In this document: positions 11,769-24,689 of the stretch, piece after piece
Layout of the letters: each line of letters starts with the position of its first letter
Numbering within the stretch: the stretch's first letter is position 1
Assembly: GCA_964016885.1 (NCBI GenBank)
Contig: OZ024741.1
Coordinates: 240,746,001 to 240,810,000 of the forward strand
Origin: Eledone cirrhosa
Lineage: Eukaryota
DNA: 64,000 nt
Direction: 5' to 3'
Program-made: the position numbers and the translations under genes
Notes under the pieces: generated by a model
The model's database searches: none
The model's input: the letters and a program-made list of their open reading frames with translations, nothing else
What the model was told of the DNA's origin: nothing

Positions 11769-12095
11769 GGCACATGGCTTAGTGGTTAGAGCATTGGGCT
11801 TGCAATCGAAAGGTTGTGAGTTAAATTCTCAGACAGGGTAATGTGTTGTTTCCTTGAGCAAGACACTTTATTTCACATTGCTCCAGTTTACTCAGCTGTA
11901 GAAATGTGATGATAGGACTAGGGTCCATATCATTCCACTGCAAAGTGGAGGTGTAGGCGCCACAGAAAAAAAGCACCGTAAATGAGGTTGGTGTTAGGAA
12001 GGGCATCCAGCTGTAGAAATCAAGCCAGAATCAGTTCCCGTCCCACCCTTGCAAGCAGGGAAAAGCGGACGTAAAATGATGAAAAATGATGATGA
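11769..12095 (+). mobile_element. tRNA-derived SINE (family A): CORE-like centre, RTE-like 3' tail, (GAT)n end
   Basis: Head ggcacatggcttagtggttagagc...gtgagttaaattctc; centre ccttgagcaagacacttt; tail ggttggtgttaggaagggcatccagctgtagaaa...cggacgtaaaatgatg. Confidence 0.85.
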
Positions 12096-12219
12096 TACAT
12101 ATATACATACATACATAATACATACATACATACATAATACATACATATTACATACATACATACATAATACATACATAATACATACATATTACATACATAC
12201 ATACATAATACATACATAC

Positions 12220-12827
12220 ATGGTGGCTGCCAACTCGTTTTCGAGTACGGCCACTACTTTATATCCATGTAGGAGAACCCCTACCGATGCGCTGAACGAG
12301 TGTGACTTTTTAGTCCAGCCAGCGACTTGAAAACTCTGGTACAAACACTACACTTGTGACAATTATTGACACATAGTGCTGGGCCCATGGTACCATGTGA
12401 TGACAAGTGCAGAGAGTCTCCAGATATGAAGCAATGCCTGTGCCGTGAAGCTTTTATAGTGAGCAAAGGCACTGCACAAAGCCAGTCCCACTCTCTTAAC
12501 CAAGATGATATTTACCAAAAAGAAGAACAAGTCAACATCATTGGATACCATCAGGGTTGCAGGTGTTATATCAGAGTTTTCCTTCTCCTAGAATTCTGCC
12601 TTGACAAAGGCTAAGGAGTCATCTCTCCCGGTGATTTTGGATGGCCATTGACTCTTAAGAGCTCCTTTGCCCTTTGACAGGTTTTGTTTTTAGTCCTGCA
12701 GGATGTCCAAAGTCACCCTCCTCAACAAGAAACCTTGGTGGGGTTGCCAGTTTAGTCGCCAACGACCCAACCATGGGACAGGTTGTACTGGGATACATGT
12801 TACCAGTAGCACCAACTGGTGACCTGA
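12220..12827 (-). mobile_element. Probable internally deleted RTE derivative (5' UTR-like part joined to C-terminal C2H2 finger and 3' UTR)
   Basis: Minus-strand peptide CSVCTRVFKSLAGLKSHTRSAH; terminal stem-loop ggccgtactcgaaaacgagttggcagcc followed by (TATG)n; no RT coding sequence. Confidence 0.55.
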
Positions 12828-12948
12828 CATATATAATACATACATACATACATACATACATACATAATACATACATAATACATACATGCATACATACATA
12901 CATACATAATACATACATAATACATACACACATACATAATACATACAT

Positions 12949-13063
12949 AATTGTTTCTACTTTTGGCACAAGCCCAGCAATTACCCAGTGCATTACTGGT
13001 ACTTTATTTTATCGACCCCGTAAGGATGAAAGGCAAAGTTAACCTCGGCGGGATTTGAACTCA
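12949..13063 (-). mobile_element. SINE family B, partial
   Basis: Reverse complement of family B 3' part. Confidence 0.85.
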
Positions 13064-13599
13064 CATACATAATACATACATACATGCTGATGATGAAACA
13101 TTGGGGTTTGAACACCCGTAACTTAGGTTATTTGCTCAATAGAGTATCAAGTGTATGTAGATGTAAAATATCAATGAGTCACTAAGTACTGAGAACATTT
13201 ATTATTGATAGGTGGCATGGCTCTGTGCCATGTAGTAATGTTGGCTTACACATCTCTCTCTCTCTCTCTGCCTCTCCTTATCCTCCTGTCCCTCTATTTC
13301 TTTATCTGTGTGTGAGTGTCCCTCTTCTCTCCCTCTCTCACTCTCCTCGCTCTCTCCCTCTCCTCTCTCTCACTTTGTCCACTCCCTCTCTCTTACCCCC
13401 TTTTTTCTCTTTCTCTCCCTCTCCCTCTTAATCTCCCCCCCTCCCTCTCTCTTTATGTATTTCTGTGTGTGTATGCGTGTGTGTCTGTGTGCCTCTGTCT
13501 CTTTCTCTCTCTTTTTCTCTTTGTGTATGTATCTCTCCCTCTGTTTCTCTCTTTCTGTCACTCCCTCTCTCTCTCTTTCAGAACATATACACATGCAAA

Positions 13600-13631
<32 letters not shown>

Positions 13632-13696
13632 TCACAAGAACGCAAACACATCTAGCCACACAGACATACATACACTCACAAACGCATGCCCACATG

Positions 13697-13787
<91 letters not shown>

Positions 13788-14119
13788 GTTAGAATATTAA
13801 AGAATGTGATGTGTGAGAAGTGTGAGGGCCAATCTGGTGGGGCCAGATCAGTTTTAGAGACAAAGGTTTGGGTTTCAATTCTAGGAAAATGATTTAACAT
13901 TCTCCAAACTATTGATGACTGTATGTCTGCAACAACAGCAGCAGCAGCAGCACCATCAGCAATGCCAGTAGCAACAGCTTCATTAACAACAGCTGCAACA
14001 ACATCAACAACAGAAATGCAGAAGTAGCAGCTACAACAACAGCAGCAGCAGCAGCAACAGAAACATTGAATCAATGGAGTTGATTCTTCTAAAAAGCATT
14101 TTAATTGATTATTGAGATG

Positions 14120-14154
<35 letters not shown>

Positions 14155-14362
14155 CATCATCATCATCATTATTATTTAATGTATACTTTCTTTGCTAGCA
14201 AAAGGTGGATGGGTCTTCACAGACAGAGTCAGTGCAGAAGCAGGGCTATTGACCCCCTCACAGACAGGCCAGCAGGTTGCATATCCCTCACATATGGTTC
14301 CATGCTCTACCGAGTGCATTTTATTGTGGCACCAGCAATAGAGAGGTTGTCATGTCTTGGAC

Positions 14363-14437
<75 letters not shown>

Positions 14438-14730
14438 TAACCAAAGATTAATATGGTTCGTTGATTACTCAACGAATACAATATTACAATAGATTAGAAG
14501 CACTCAACTGTTAATTTCCCTGGAGTTTTTTATATTATTCAAAATGTTAATAAATGAAAAATATTCTCATAATCAAAATATATATTTTATTATACATATA
14601 TCAAAGGTACAATTGTGTTTAAGTACGTTTTCATCAGACAAAATATATGATTTGATATGTGACATACCGCTACGGTTTTGATTATTCAATTCCAGTATTT
14701 TTCATTTATTAACATTTTGAATAATATATA
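14438..14730 (-). mobile_element. HHR-bearing PLE-derived element with short inverted end
   Basis: Similar to 6630-6840; 14696-14728 is the inverse of 14531-14564; abuts (TA)n. Confidence 0.65.
14581..14647 (-). ncRNA. Degenerate type I hammerhead ribozyme
   Basis: 10-bp stem I UAUAUUUUGU/AUAAAAUAUA, CUGAUGA, GUAC/GUAC stem II, but GAUA in place of GAAA. Confidence 0.55.
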
Positions 14731-14735
14731 TATAT

Positions 14736-15005
14736 CATCATCATCATCATCATCACCGTTTTACGTCCGTTCTTCCACGCTAGCATGGGTTAGACGGGTT
14801 GTCCTGTTGTGGGCAGTGTCTGGTCGACTGACCATGCCTTGCTCATACAGGAACTGATTTGGCTTGATTTCTACAGCTGGATGCCCTTCCTAACACCAAC
14901 CTCATTTACAGTGAGTGCTGGGTGCTTTTTCGTGGCGCCTACACGTCCACTTTACAGTGTGGGCTAGGTGCTTTTTTGCCGTGGTACCTCCACGACCACC
15001 TTGCG
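14736..15005 (-). mobile_element. RTE 3' UTR / SINE tail fragment (same as 45291-45568)
   Basis: (ATC)n then ttttacgtccgttcttccacgctagcatggg...ggatgcccttcctaacaccaacc. Confidence 0.8.
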
Positions 15006-15444
15006 GTGAGGGGTGTGGGGGCATATTGTCTATATGCTTCAGCTTGTACCCGTGGGAGGTCGGGTACTCTGTATTACTGCGTGACGCCATATATATATAC
15101 ATGCATATAAAGCAAGTAATAATTTGGAAGATGAAAATTGGTAAATATATGCCAGGAAAAATGACTGCTCAATGTGTTTCTACAATCCCCAAATAGAATG
15201 AACTGATGAACTGATTGATCCAAAATTTTATCCATAGGATAAATTAATCCAAAATATTGCACAAGTGTAATGATACACTGTATATATATTATGAATAATA
15301 AATCTAAGAGTTCAGAAAGAATTGATGGTATTTTTTATTTGTCTTACATGCATTTCTACAAATGAAATGTGAAGATATGTTTACTTAAAGATTCTCAGTT
15401 AAGTAGGATTCCAGTATATATATGTGTGTGTGTGTGTTGTACTT

Positions 15445-15735
15445 CTGCCGTGTTCTTTGACATGTGCTCAAGTTGATTCAATAGAACAGCTGGCCTATGA
15501 AATTAACCTGTAAGTGGATGAGCCTTCCACAAACATATGCACTCTTAATGTAGTTCTCAGGGAGATTCAGAGTGACAATGTGAGACAAGTCTGCTCTCTT
15601 GAAATATAGGTTTGCTGATTAAACTGGAACAATGGGAAATAAAGTGTCTTGCTCAAGGACACAGTGTACCACTCAGTCCAGGAATCAAACTAGCTGTCTT
15701 CTGATTGTGAGTTGAACATCTTAACCACAGAGCCA
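15445..15735 (-). mobile_element. Older tRNA-derived SINE
   Basis: aaataaagtgtcttgctcaaggacaca and ttaaccacagagcc, the reverse of a SINE head and CORE-like centre. Confidence 0.7.
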
Positions 15736-15823
15736 CACACACATACATTGACACACGCACACACATATATGCATGCGCACACATACATGAATATAAAACC
15801 ATGCTCACATATACGGACAGACA

Positions 15824-15875
<52 letters not shown>

Positions 15876-16579
15876 GTCACAAACATATATGTATGTGTGT
15901 GTTTGGATGTATGTTCACACTCAAACGCATGTGGACACATATTTGTGTGTGTGTGTGTGTTTGGATGTATGTTCACACACATACACACACAAATATGTGT
16001 CCACATAAATAAATAAATACATATATATATATATTCTTTATAAAATATTGTCTGATGGTGCTAGTGATTCCCATGGCTAGTAGAAAACCATGCTAGATGT
16101 TTCCTAATAATAAGTAATTACATATACATATGTTTTGTATAATATAGCTTGAGTTCTTCAACCCTGTTTGATGTTCCATCACCTAGACTGTGTCATGGTT
16201 CTAAACTATTCTATATACCATAAATTCTTTATTGGGCACTTTTGTGATAGCTTGCCACAGCTTTAAGCAAATTGGAAGGTGTTACACTGTACACATGCAT
16301 GTCTAATTTCATATATATATATATATTACATGGAAGCACATGGCTTATATATATATATATATAATTTGAAATTTAGTAAAATCGAATCTCTGGCGGTTTG
16401 CAAGCAAATTCGGCCTACTTATATGAAATGATGAGTTAGCAAAGCACTCGATAAGTTAGGTCCTTAGAGTAATAACATACGTTTAAATAGCTTGACAAAT
16501 CGAATATTGTGGTAGGCAAAATCTAATATATATATATATAATCTTATATATATATAATGTATAATAAACAATACAATAT

Positions 16580-16657
16580 AATTACCTCATTACCAGAGGT
16601 TTCCCGAATAAGACGAATACAAGAAACGTCCTCATTCGTTCGTCAGACAAGGCAATT
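16580..16657 (-). ncRNA. Type I hammerhead ribozyme
   Basis: 11-bp stem I AAUUGCCUUGU/AUGAGGUAAUU; CUGACGA; stem II CGAAUGAGGACG/CGUCUUAUUCG closed by an A-G mismatch; GAAA-CC-UCU-GG-UA^. Confidence 0.7.
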
Positions 16658-17423
16658 TAAAACATAGTGAAATATTTGAAAAATCTCCTCAAGAAAGGCA
16701 AAAGTTTAACGGGCAAAAAAAATATATATATAAGAGATATATAAAAATAAAATAAGGAAATATAGTAAGGGTATGTGTATAAATGTGTGTATGTACACCT
16801 ACAAATGTACATATGTGTGTATGTACAAATGCATGTGTATAGTGAAAAAATGTGTGCGTAAGTACATACATGAGGGCAAGCATATCAGTGTATGTGTGAC
16901 CACAAATACGTATATAATATATGTTGAAAAAAGAAATTGTAAGATAATAGAGTTAATGTAGATACAGACTCAGGGACAAAGGATTGAAATATATACACAT
17001 ACAAGTATGAAAGCACGCGTATAAACATACACACGCGCAACCACATACATGCAAGTGATATATACAGGGAAGGGGGTGTATCAGTCAAAGCAGTGTCAGA
17101 CTGAAGGTCGATATATATATAAAAAAATATAAAATATGAAAATGAAAAAATGAAATAATATATGAGAATAAAAAAATTAAATCAAAGAGAAAGTAAGAGG
17201 GAGGGGTTATCAATTATAAAGTAACACTAGAAAAAAAAGAAAACATACAGAAGTTCGTATACACACACATATATATATATATATAAATACGTACAGACAA
17301 AAGCACATACATGCGTACATACATACAAAACCGCGCATACATACACATGAAGCACATATATATACATACATGTACATCTAATCACACGCACGCACGTGAC
17401 CATATATATATATACACACACAT

Positions 17424-17480
<57 letters not shown>

Positions 17481-17511
17481 TATATAAGTATAAAAATACA
17501 TAGATATAAAA

Positions 17512-17564
<53 letters not shown>

Positions 17565-17682
17565 TAATTTAATATATCAACTAACATAAGCGCACAGATG
17601 CACGCCCATGCTAGCAAATACACAGGTTATGTCATAGTACCTAGGTGGTTCAATGCAGGAGGATGCAGAACAATAATATAAA

Positions 17683-17750
17683 GGACGTAAAATAAGAAAA
17701 TATCTTTTAAAAAAATTTTTTTTTTAAAAGATATTTTCTTATTTTACGTC

Positions 17751-17751
<1 letters not shown>
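17683..17751. repeat. Perfect 33-bp-arm hairpin next to (TA)n
   Basis: ggacgtaaaataagaaaatatcttttaaaaaaa-ttt-tttttttaaaagatattttcttattttacgtcc. Confidence 0.85.
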
Positions 17752-17786
<35 letters not shown>

Positions 17787-17793
17787 ACTACAT

Positions 17794-18425
17794 GGAAGCA
17801 CATGGCTTAGTAGTTAGAGCATTGGCCTTGCAATCGAAAGGTTGTGAGTTCAATTCTCAGACCGGCCGATGTGTTGTTTCCTTGAGCAAGACACTTTATT
17901 TCACATTGTTCCTGTTTACTCAGCTGTAGAAATGAGATGATAGGACTGGGGTCCCTATCATTCCACTGCAAAGTGGTCGTGGAGGAGCCACGGCAAAAGA
18001 GCACCCAGCCCTCACTGTAAAGTGGTCGTGTAGGCGCCACGGAAAAAAAGGACCCAGCCCTCACTGTAAAGTGGTCGTGTAGGCGCCACGGAAAAAAAGC
18101 ACCCAGCCCTCACTGTAAAGTGATCGTGTAGGCGCCAGGGAAAAAAAGCACCCAGCCCTCAATGTAAAGTGGTCGTGTAGGCACCACGGAAAAAAAGCAC
18201 CCAGCCCTCACTGTAAGGTGATCGTGTAGGCGCCAGGGAAAAAAAGCACCCAGCCCTCACTGTAAAGTGGTCGTGTAGGCGCCACGGAAAAAAAGCACCC
18301 AGCCCTCACTGTAAATGAGGTTGGTGTTAGGAAGGGCATCCAGCTGTAGAAATCAAGCCAGAAGCAGTTCCCGTCCCACCCTTGCAGGGAAAAGCGGACG
18401 TAAAATGATGAGGATGATGATGATA
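17794..18425 (+). mobile_element. SINE family A with 7 internal 49-bp tandem units (17964-18306)
   Basis: Unit cactgtaaagtggtcgtgtaggcgccacggaaaaaaagcacccagccct starts at 17964, 18013, 18062, 18111, 18160, 18209, 18258. Confidence 0.9.
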
Positions 18426-18465
18426 TATATATATATATTATATCATATTATATATATATATAGTG

Positions 18466-18583
18466 AAGGCGTGTGGCTGAGTGGTTAGAGAATTGGATTC
18501 GCAATCGTGAGGTTGTGAGTTCGATTCCTGGACCAGGCGATGCATTATGTCCTTGAGCAAGACACTTTATTTCACGTTGCTCC
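18466..18583 (+). mobile_element. tRNA-derived SINE head and centre
   Basis: ggcgtgtggctgagtggttagag...gagttcgattcctgg...ccttgagcaagacacttt. Confidence 0.75.
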
Positions 18584-18977
18584 TTCTACCTGGAGTTGCG
18601 ACCGATAGATAGTACTAGCAATTGGAAAGACCAACGGAAACATTGTTTCCTAGGTCCGATGTGACGAAAGTCGATCGTTCCTATATATATATAATATGAT
18701 ATAATACACACACACAGGGCTTCAGGTGTGTCAACATATATGTACTCACACAACTTCACAGTCTTTTGCACACACATACACATTATCTGACTTCCTATCA
18801 ATTCTCTATATATATACATACACAGATATGCACACGTGTGTGTGTGTGTGTGTATGTATGTACATATAGAGAATGGATAGGGAGTGAGAGAACATGTGTG
18901 TGCAAAAGACTGTTTATGTATGTGAAGGTGTGTGAGTACATATGTTGACACACCTGAAGCTCCATGTTTTGTGTGTA

Positions 18978-19026
<49 letters not shown>

Positions 19027-19140
19027 TTACACATAGATATACATACACAATTGGTGTATTAAAGCTCCACTATGAACATGTCATAGAAAAGAATTTTAAT
19101 TGCATACATTTCATTAGTGAAGTGCTGTCAATAACACACA

Positions 19141-21020
19141 GTTAAACAACAACAACAACACCAATAACAACACACAGTTAAACATTGACAACAACAACAA
19201 TATCACACAGCTAAACATCGACAACAATTATAACTATAACAAGAACAACAATATCACACAGCTAAACATTGACAACAACTATAACTATAACAAGAACAAC
19301 AATATCACATAGCTAAACATTGACAACAACTATAACTATAACAACAACAACAATATCACACAGCTAAACATTGACAACAATTATAACTATAACAAGAACA
19401 ACAATATCACATAGCTAAACATTGACAACAACTATAACTATAACAACAACAACAATATCACACAGCTAAACATTGACAACAACTATAACTATAACAACAA
19501 CAACAATATCACACAGCTAAACATTGACAACAACTATAACTATAACAACAACAACAATATCACACAGCTAAACATCGACAACAACTATAACTATAACAAG
19601 AACAACAATATCACATAGCTAAACATTGACAACAACTATAACTATAACAACAACAACAATATCACACAGCTAAACATTGACAACAACTATAACTATAACA
19701 ACAACAACAATATCACACAGCTAAACATTGACAACAACTATAACTATAACAACAACAACAATATCACACAGCTAAACATCGACAACAACTATAACTATAA
19801 CAAGAACAACAATATCACACAGCTAAACATTGACAACAACTATAACTATAACAAGAACAACAATATCACACAGCTAAACATTGACAACAATTATAACTAT
19901 AACAAGAACAACAATATCACACAGCTAAACATTCACAACAACTATAACTATAACAAGAACAACAATATCACACAGCTAAACATTGTCAACAATTATAACT
20001 ATAACAAGAACAACAATATCACATAGCTAAACATTGTCAACAATTATAACTATAACAAGAACAACAATATCACACAGCTAAACATTGACAACAACTATAA
20101 CTATAACAACAACAACAATATCACACAGCTAAACATCGACAACAACTATAACTATAACAAGAACAACAATATCACATAGCTAAACATTGACAACAATTAT
20201 AACTATAACAACAACAACAATATCACATAGCTAAACATTGACAACAACTATAACTATAACAAGAACAACAATATCACACAGCTAAATATTGTCAACAACA
20301 ACTATAACAACAACAACACTATCACACAGCTAAATATTGTCAGCAACAATAACTATAACAACAACAATATCACACAGCTAAATATTAACAACAACAACAA
20401 CAACAATATCACACAGCTAAATATTGTCAACAACAACAACTAAACAACAACAACAATATCACACAGCTAAATATTGTCAACAACAACTATAACAACAACA
20501 ACAATATCACACAGCTAAATATTGTCAACAACAACAACTATAACAACAACAACAATATCACACAGCTTAATATTGTCAACAACAACAATATCACACAGCT
20601 TAATATTGTCAACAACAACAATATCACACAGCTAAATATTGTCAACAACAACAACTATAACAACAACAATATCACACAGCTAAATATTGTCAACAACAAC
20701 TATAACAACAACAACAATATCACACAGCTAAATATTGTCAACAACAACAACTATAACAACAACAACAATATCACACAGCTTAATATTGTCAACAACAACA
20801 ATATCACACAGCTTAATACTGTCAACAACAACAATACCACACAGCTAAATATTGTCAACAACAACAATATCACACAGCTAAATATTGTCAACAACAACAA
20901 TATCACACAGCTAAATATTGTCAACAACTATAACAACAACAACAATATCACACAGCTAAATATTGTCAACAACAACAACAACAACAATATCACACAGCTA
21001 AATATTGTCAACAACAACAA
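19141..21020. repeat. Minisatellite, 51-bp unit, degrading to shorter variants at the 3' end
   Basis: atatcacacagctaaacattgacaacaactataactataacaacaacaaca. Confidence 0.95.
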
Positions 21021-21059
21021 TTTAAAATCTAATTTCAAATACAAACAATGTATCCAATA

Positions 21060-21935
21060 TCCTTATAATATATAACCTGCAATTTCTCTGTCTGTCCGAC
21101 AGTGGAAACACGTGCGCGCGTGTGAATGATTTTTGCGCACGCGTAGAGAGAGAGTGAGAGTGAAAGAAAGAGACAGACTACGAGAGGGGGATAGCGGGAG
21201 GGAGAGAGGGAGAGAGAGAGAGTGAATAGACGCTAAAACACGTGCGCGCGTGCGAATGTTTTTTGTGCACGCGTAGAGAGAGAGTGAGAGTGAAAGAAAG
21301 AGACAGACTACAAGAGGGGGATAGCGGGAGGGAGAGAGGGGAGAATTGAGGAGTGCTACAGAAACATATATACATTTCTGTGTGTGTGTAATATATATAT
21401 ATATATACACACACAGAAATATATATACATTTCTGTGTGTGTAATATATATACATACTAGCAGAAAACCGCTCACGGGTGGTTTTCTGCTAGTCTCTATA
21501 TATAAAACTGAGGTTGTCTGTCTGACTGTCTGTCTACTAAAACCTTCGGCACACATCTCCTCCTAAACCGTACGTTCAGATTTTGGTGAAATTGCTACAC
21601 TTATAGATGAAGGTCTTGCGGAGACATCAGTCAAAAGAATTTTCAAATCGACCCATGCCAAGTGCAATAATCGAATTTTCAATGTATTGATTTTTCATTC
21701 AAATGTATAAATAGAGATGAGAGACGAGTTATTTCCCTTTTATTGCGTCATTTGCTTATCTATTTATGTTACGTATAAACGACGCGGTGGACCGAGAAGA
21801 ACAATTTCATGCAAAGACAAGACTAAGTTTATGGTGTAAATGGAGTCGTTAGACTAATATTCTATTTAAAATAACCGAATGATTTCCAGCCTCGGAGTTT
21901 AAGAATGATGTAAATAAAAGTGTAAACGAAAATGA
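21060..21935 (+). mobile_element. Helitron-like non-autonomous sequences with an internal ~130-bp duplication
   Basis: Hairpin ending CTAGT at 21456-21493, then tctctatatataaaactg..(GTCT)n; 21106-21215 repeated at 21236-21345. Confidence 0.5.
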
Positions 21936-22059
21936 CAGGTACTTTATTTTATCGACCCCGCAAGGATGAAAGGCAAAGTTAACCTCGACGGGATTTTAAC
22001 TTTGCCTTAACATAGTAAAAGTAAATAGTGAAGATTTAGGCCAGAACATACGTATGCGC

Positions 22060-22547
22060 CGACGAACATACACATAAATATACATACGCACGCACAAATA
22101 CATACACACACGTGCACGCGCACATGTGTGTAAACCTTATGCATTTCTACAGTATTTTCACCAAACTTAAGACATATGTTACTTATGTACTCCAGATGGT
22201 CATGGGCACTTTCATTTTTCCAGATATTGATTATAGGGCCTCCCGGCAGATAACCCCCTTTAACCACTTCCTTAGAGTCGACTGAAGCACTGCAGTCATA
22301 ACTTTTGGAGTTCGCAGTCGATTTTCACAAAACTTGACACATGGGCTACGTTTGTGTTCTACAGATGAATGTGAACTCTCAGAATTGGCACATATTGAGT
22401 AGGGGACCCCTGGGGGCAGGAACCCCTTTTGGAAAAAGCCAAGGATTTTGTAAAAGTATAGTTTTTGAAGCAGCACTGAAGTATTGAGATAAATGGTATA
22501 CACAACTGCTATTTAATACCCGAGCAACGCCGGGTACCTCTGTTAGT
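22060..22547 (+). mobile_element. Helitron-like non-autonomous element, 3' end
   Basis: Subterminal GC hairpin acccgagcaacgccgggt then tgttagt (CTAG-like terminus); 5' boundary uncertain. Confidence 0.55.
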
Positions 22548-22699
22548 GAAATATAAAATAATTTAAGTTCTTGAACAAGTAACATATATCGCTACCATCT
22601 TTCCTGTTAACATCCTCTCCCTCATCTTCATCGTCATCATCATCATCACCATCATCTTTCCTGTTAACATCCCCCCTCTTCCTCCTCCTCATCATCATC

Positions 22700-24320
22700 T
22701 TTCCTGCAAATATCCCCCCCACTTCATTGTCATCCCCACCATCATCACCATCATCATCACTACCACCATCGTCACCACCACCACCATCATCATCACTACC
22801 ACCATCATCACCACCACCACCATCATCACTACCACCATCGTCACCACCACCACCACCATCATCACTACCACCATCGTCACCACCACCACCATCATCACTA
22901 CCACCATCGTCACCACCACCACCATCATCATCACTACCACCATCGTCACCACCACCACCATCATCATCACTACCACCATCGTCACCACCACCACCACCAT
23001 CATCATCACTACCACCATCGTCACCACCACCACCATCATCATCACTACCACCATCGTCACCACCACCACCATCGTCACCACCACCACCATCGTCACCACC
23101 ACCACCATCATCATCACTACCACCATCATCACCACCACCACCATCATCATCACCACCACCATCGTCACCACCACCACCACCATCATCACTACCACCATCG
23201 TCACCACCACCACCACCATCATCATCACTACCACCATCGTCACCACCACCACCATCATCATCACTACCACCATCGTCACCACCACCACCACCATCATCAC
23301 TACCACCATCGTCACCACCACCACCACCATCACTACCACCATCGTCACCACCACCACCATCATCATCACCACCACCATCGTCACCACCACCACCATCATC
23401 ATCACTACCACCATCGTCACCACCACCACCACCATCATCACTACCACCATCGTCACCACCACCACCATCATCATCACTACCACCATCATCATCACCACCA
23501 CCACCATCATCACTACCACCATCGTCACCACCACCACCACCATCATCACTACCACCATCGTCACCACCACCACCATCATCATCACTACCACCATCGTCAC
23601 CACCACCACCATCATCATCACTACCACCATCGTCACCACCACCACCATCATCATCACTACCACCATCGTCACCACCACCACCATCATCATCACTACCACC
23701 ATCGTCACCACCACCACCACCATCATCACTACCACCATCGTCACCACCACCACCATCGTCACCACCACCACCATCATCACTACCACCATCGTCACCACCA
23801 CCACCACCATTATCATCACTACCACCAACGTCACCACCACCACCACCATCATCACTACCACCATCGTCACCACCACCACCATCATCATCACTACCACCAT
23901 CGTCACCACCACCACCATCATCATCACTACCACCATCGTCACCACCACCACCATCATCATCACTACCACCATCGTCACCACCACCACCATCATCATCACT
24001 ACCACCATCGTCACCACCACCACCACCATCATCATCACTACGACCATCGTCACCACCACCACCATCATCACTACACCAATCGTCACCATCACCATCACCA
24101 TCAACATCACCACCATCATAATCCTTATTATCATCAAACCATCATCATTAATCAATAAAAAAAAAAATCACTATCATCACATCAGCACCATTATCACCAC
24201 CACCACACCACCACCACCACCACCACCACCACCACCACCACCACCACCACCACCACACCACCACCACCACCACCACCACCACCACCATCACCACCACCAC
24301 CACCACCACCACTACTATCA
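22700..24320. repeat. (CAC/CAT)n-derived minisatellite, ~36-bp unit
   Basis: accaccatcgtcaccaccaccaccatcatcatcact repeated. Confidence 0.95.
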
Positions 24321-24474
24321 CTGCTATTGGAGGAGGTGGGGGTGGAAGATTACGAGTTGAGAAGTAAGATAAAAGAAGAAGAATGCAAAGTAAGAAAGGA
24401 ACAAGACAAAAGGAATATGTAGAAGCCATAATTTGGTGTATGTTAATCAAATGTCTGTAATATTATCAAGGGGA

Positions 24475-24664
24475 GGGCGGTGGATTGGCAGTATCGTTGG
24501 AGAGTCGGACGCCATGGTTTCCAGCATAGTTACGTCCCTTTACGGACTGAGTTCAAATCCCGCCGAGGTTGACTTTGCCTTTCATCCTTACGGGGTCGAT
24601 AAAATAAAGTACCAGTAATACACTGGATTAATTGCTGGCCTTGTGCCTAAAGTAGAAACAATTA
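24475..24664 (+). mobile_element. SINE family B, full length
   Basis: Complete head to tail; attatcaaggg on both flanks. Confidence 0.9.
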
Positions 24665-24689
24665 TCAAGGGAGTATAGAATGTAATGTG

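Noticed and set aside
11769-11835. tRNA gene (also 17794, 35008)
   Set aside because: A/B boxes present but no closing acceptor stem; continues into SINE body
16419-16465. UGAUGAG...CUCGAUA...GUC hammerhead-like string
   Set aside because: Core altered at both boxes and stems I and III unconvincing
17964-18306. CRISPR-like array of hairpin repeats
   Set aside because: Pure tandem units with no unique spacers, no cas genes, inside a SINE
22727-24121. Extensin-like Ser-Pro4 ORF (464 aa)
   Set aside because: Triplet-derived minisatellite, open in several frames on both strands, no signal peptide
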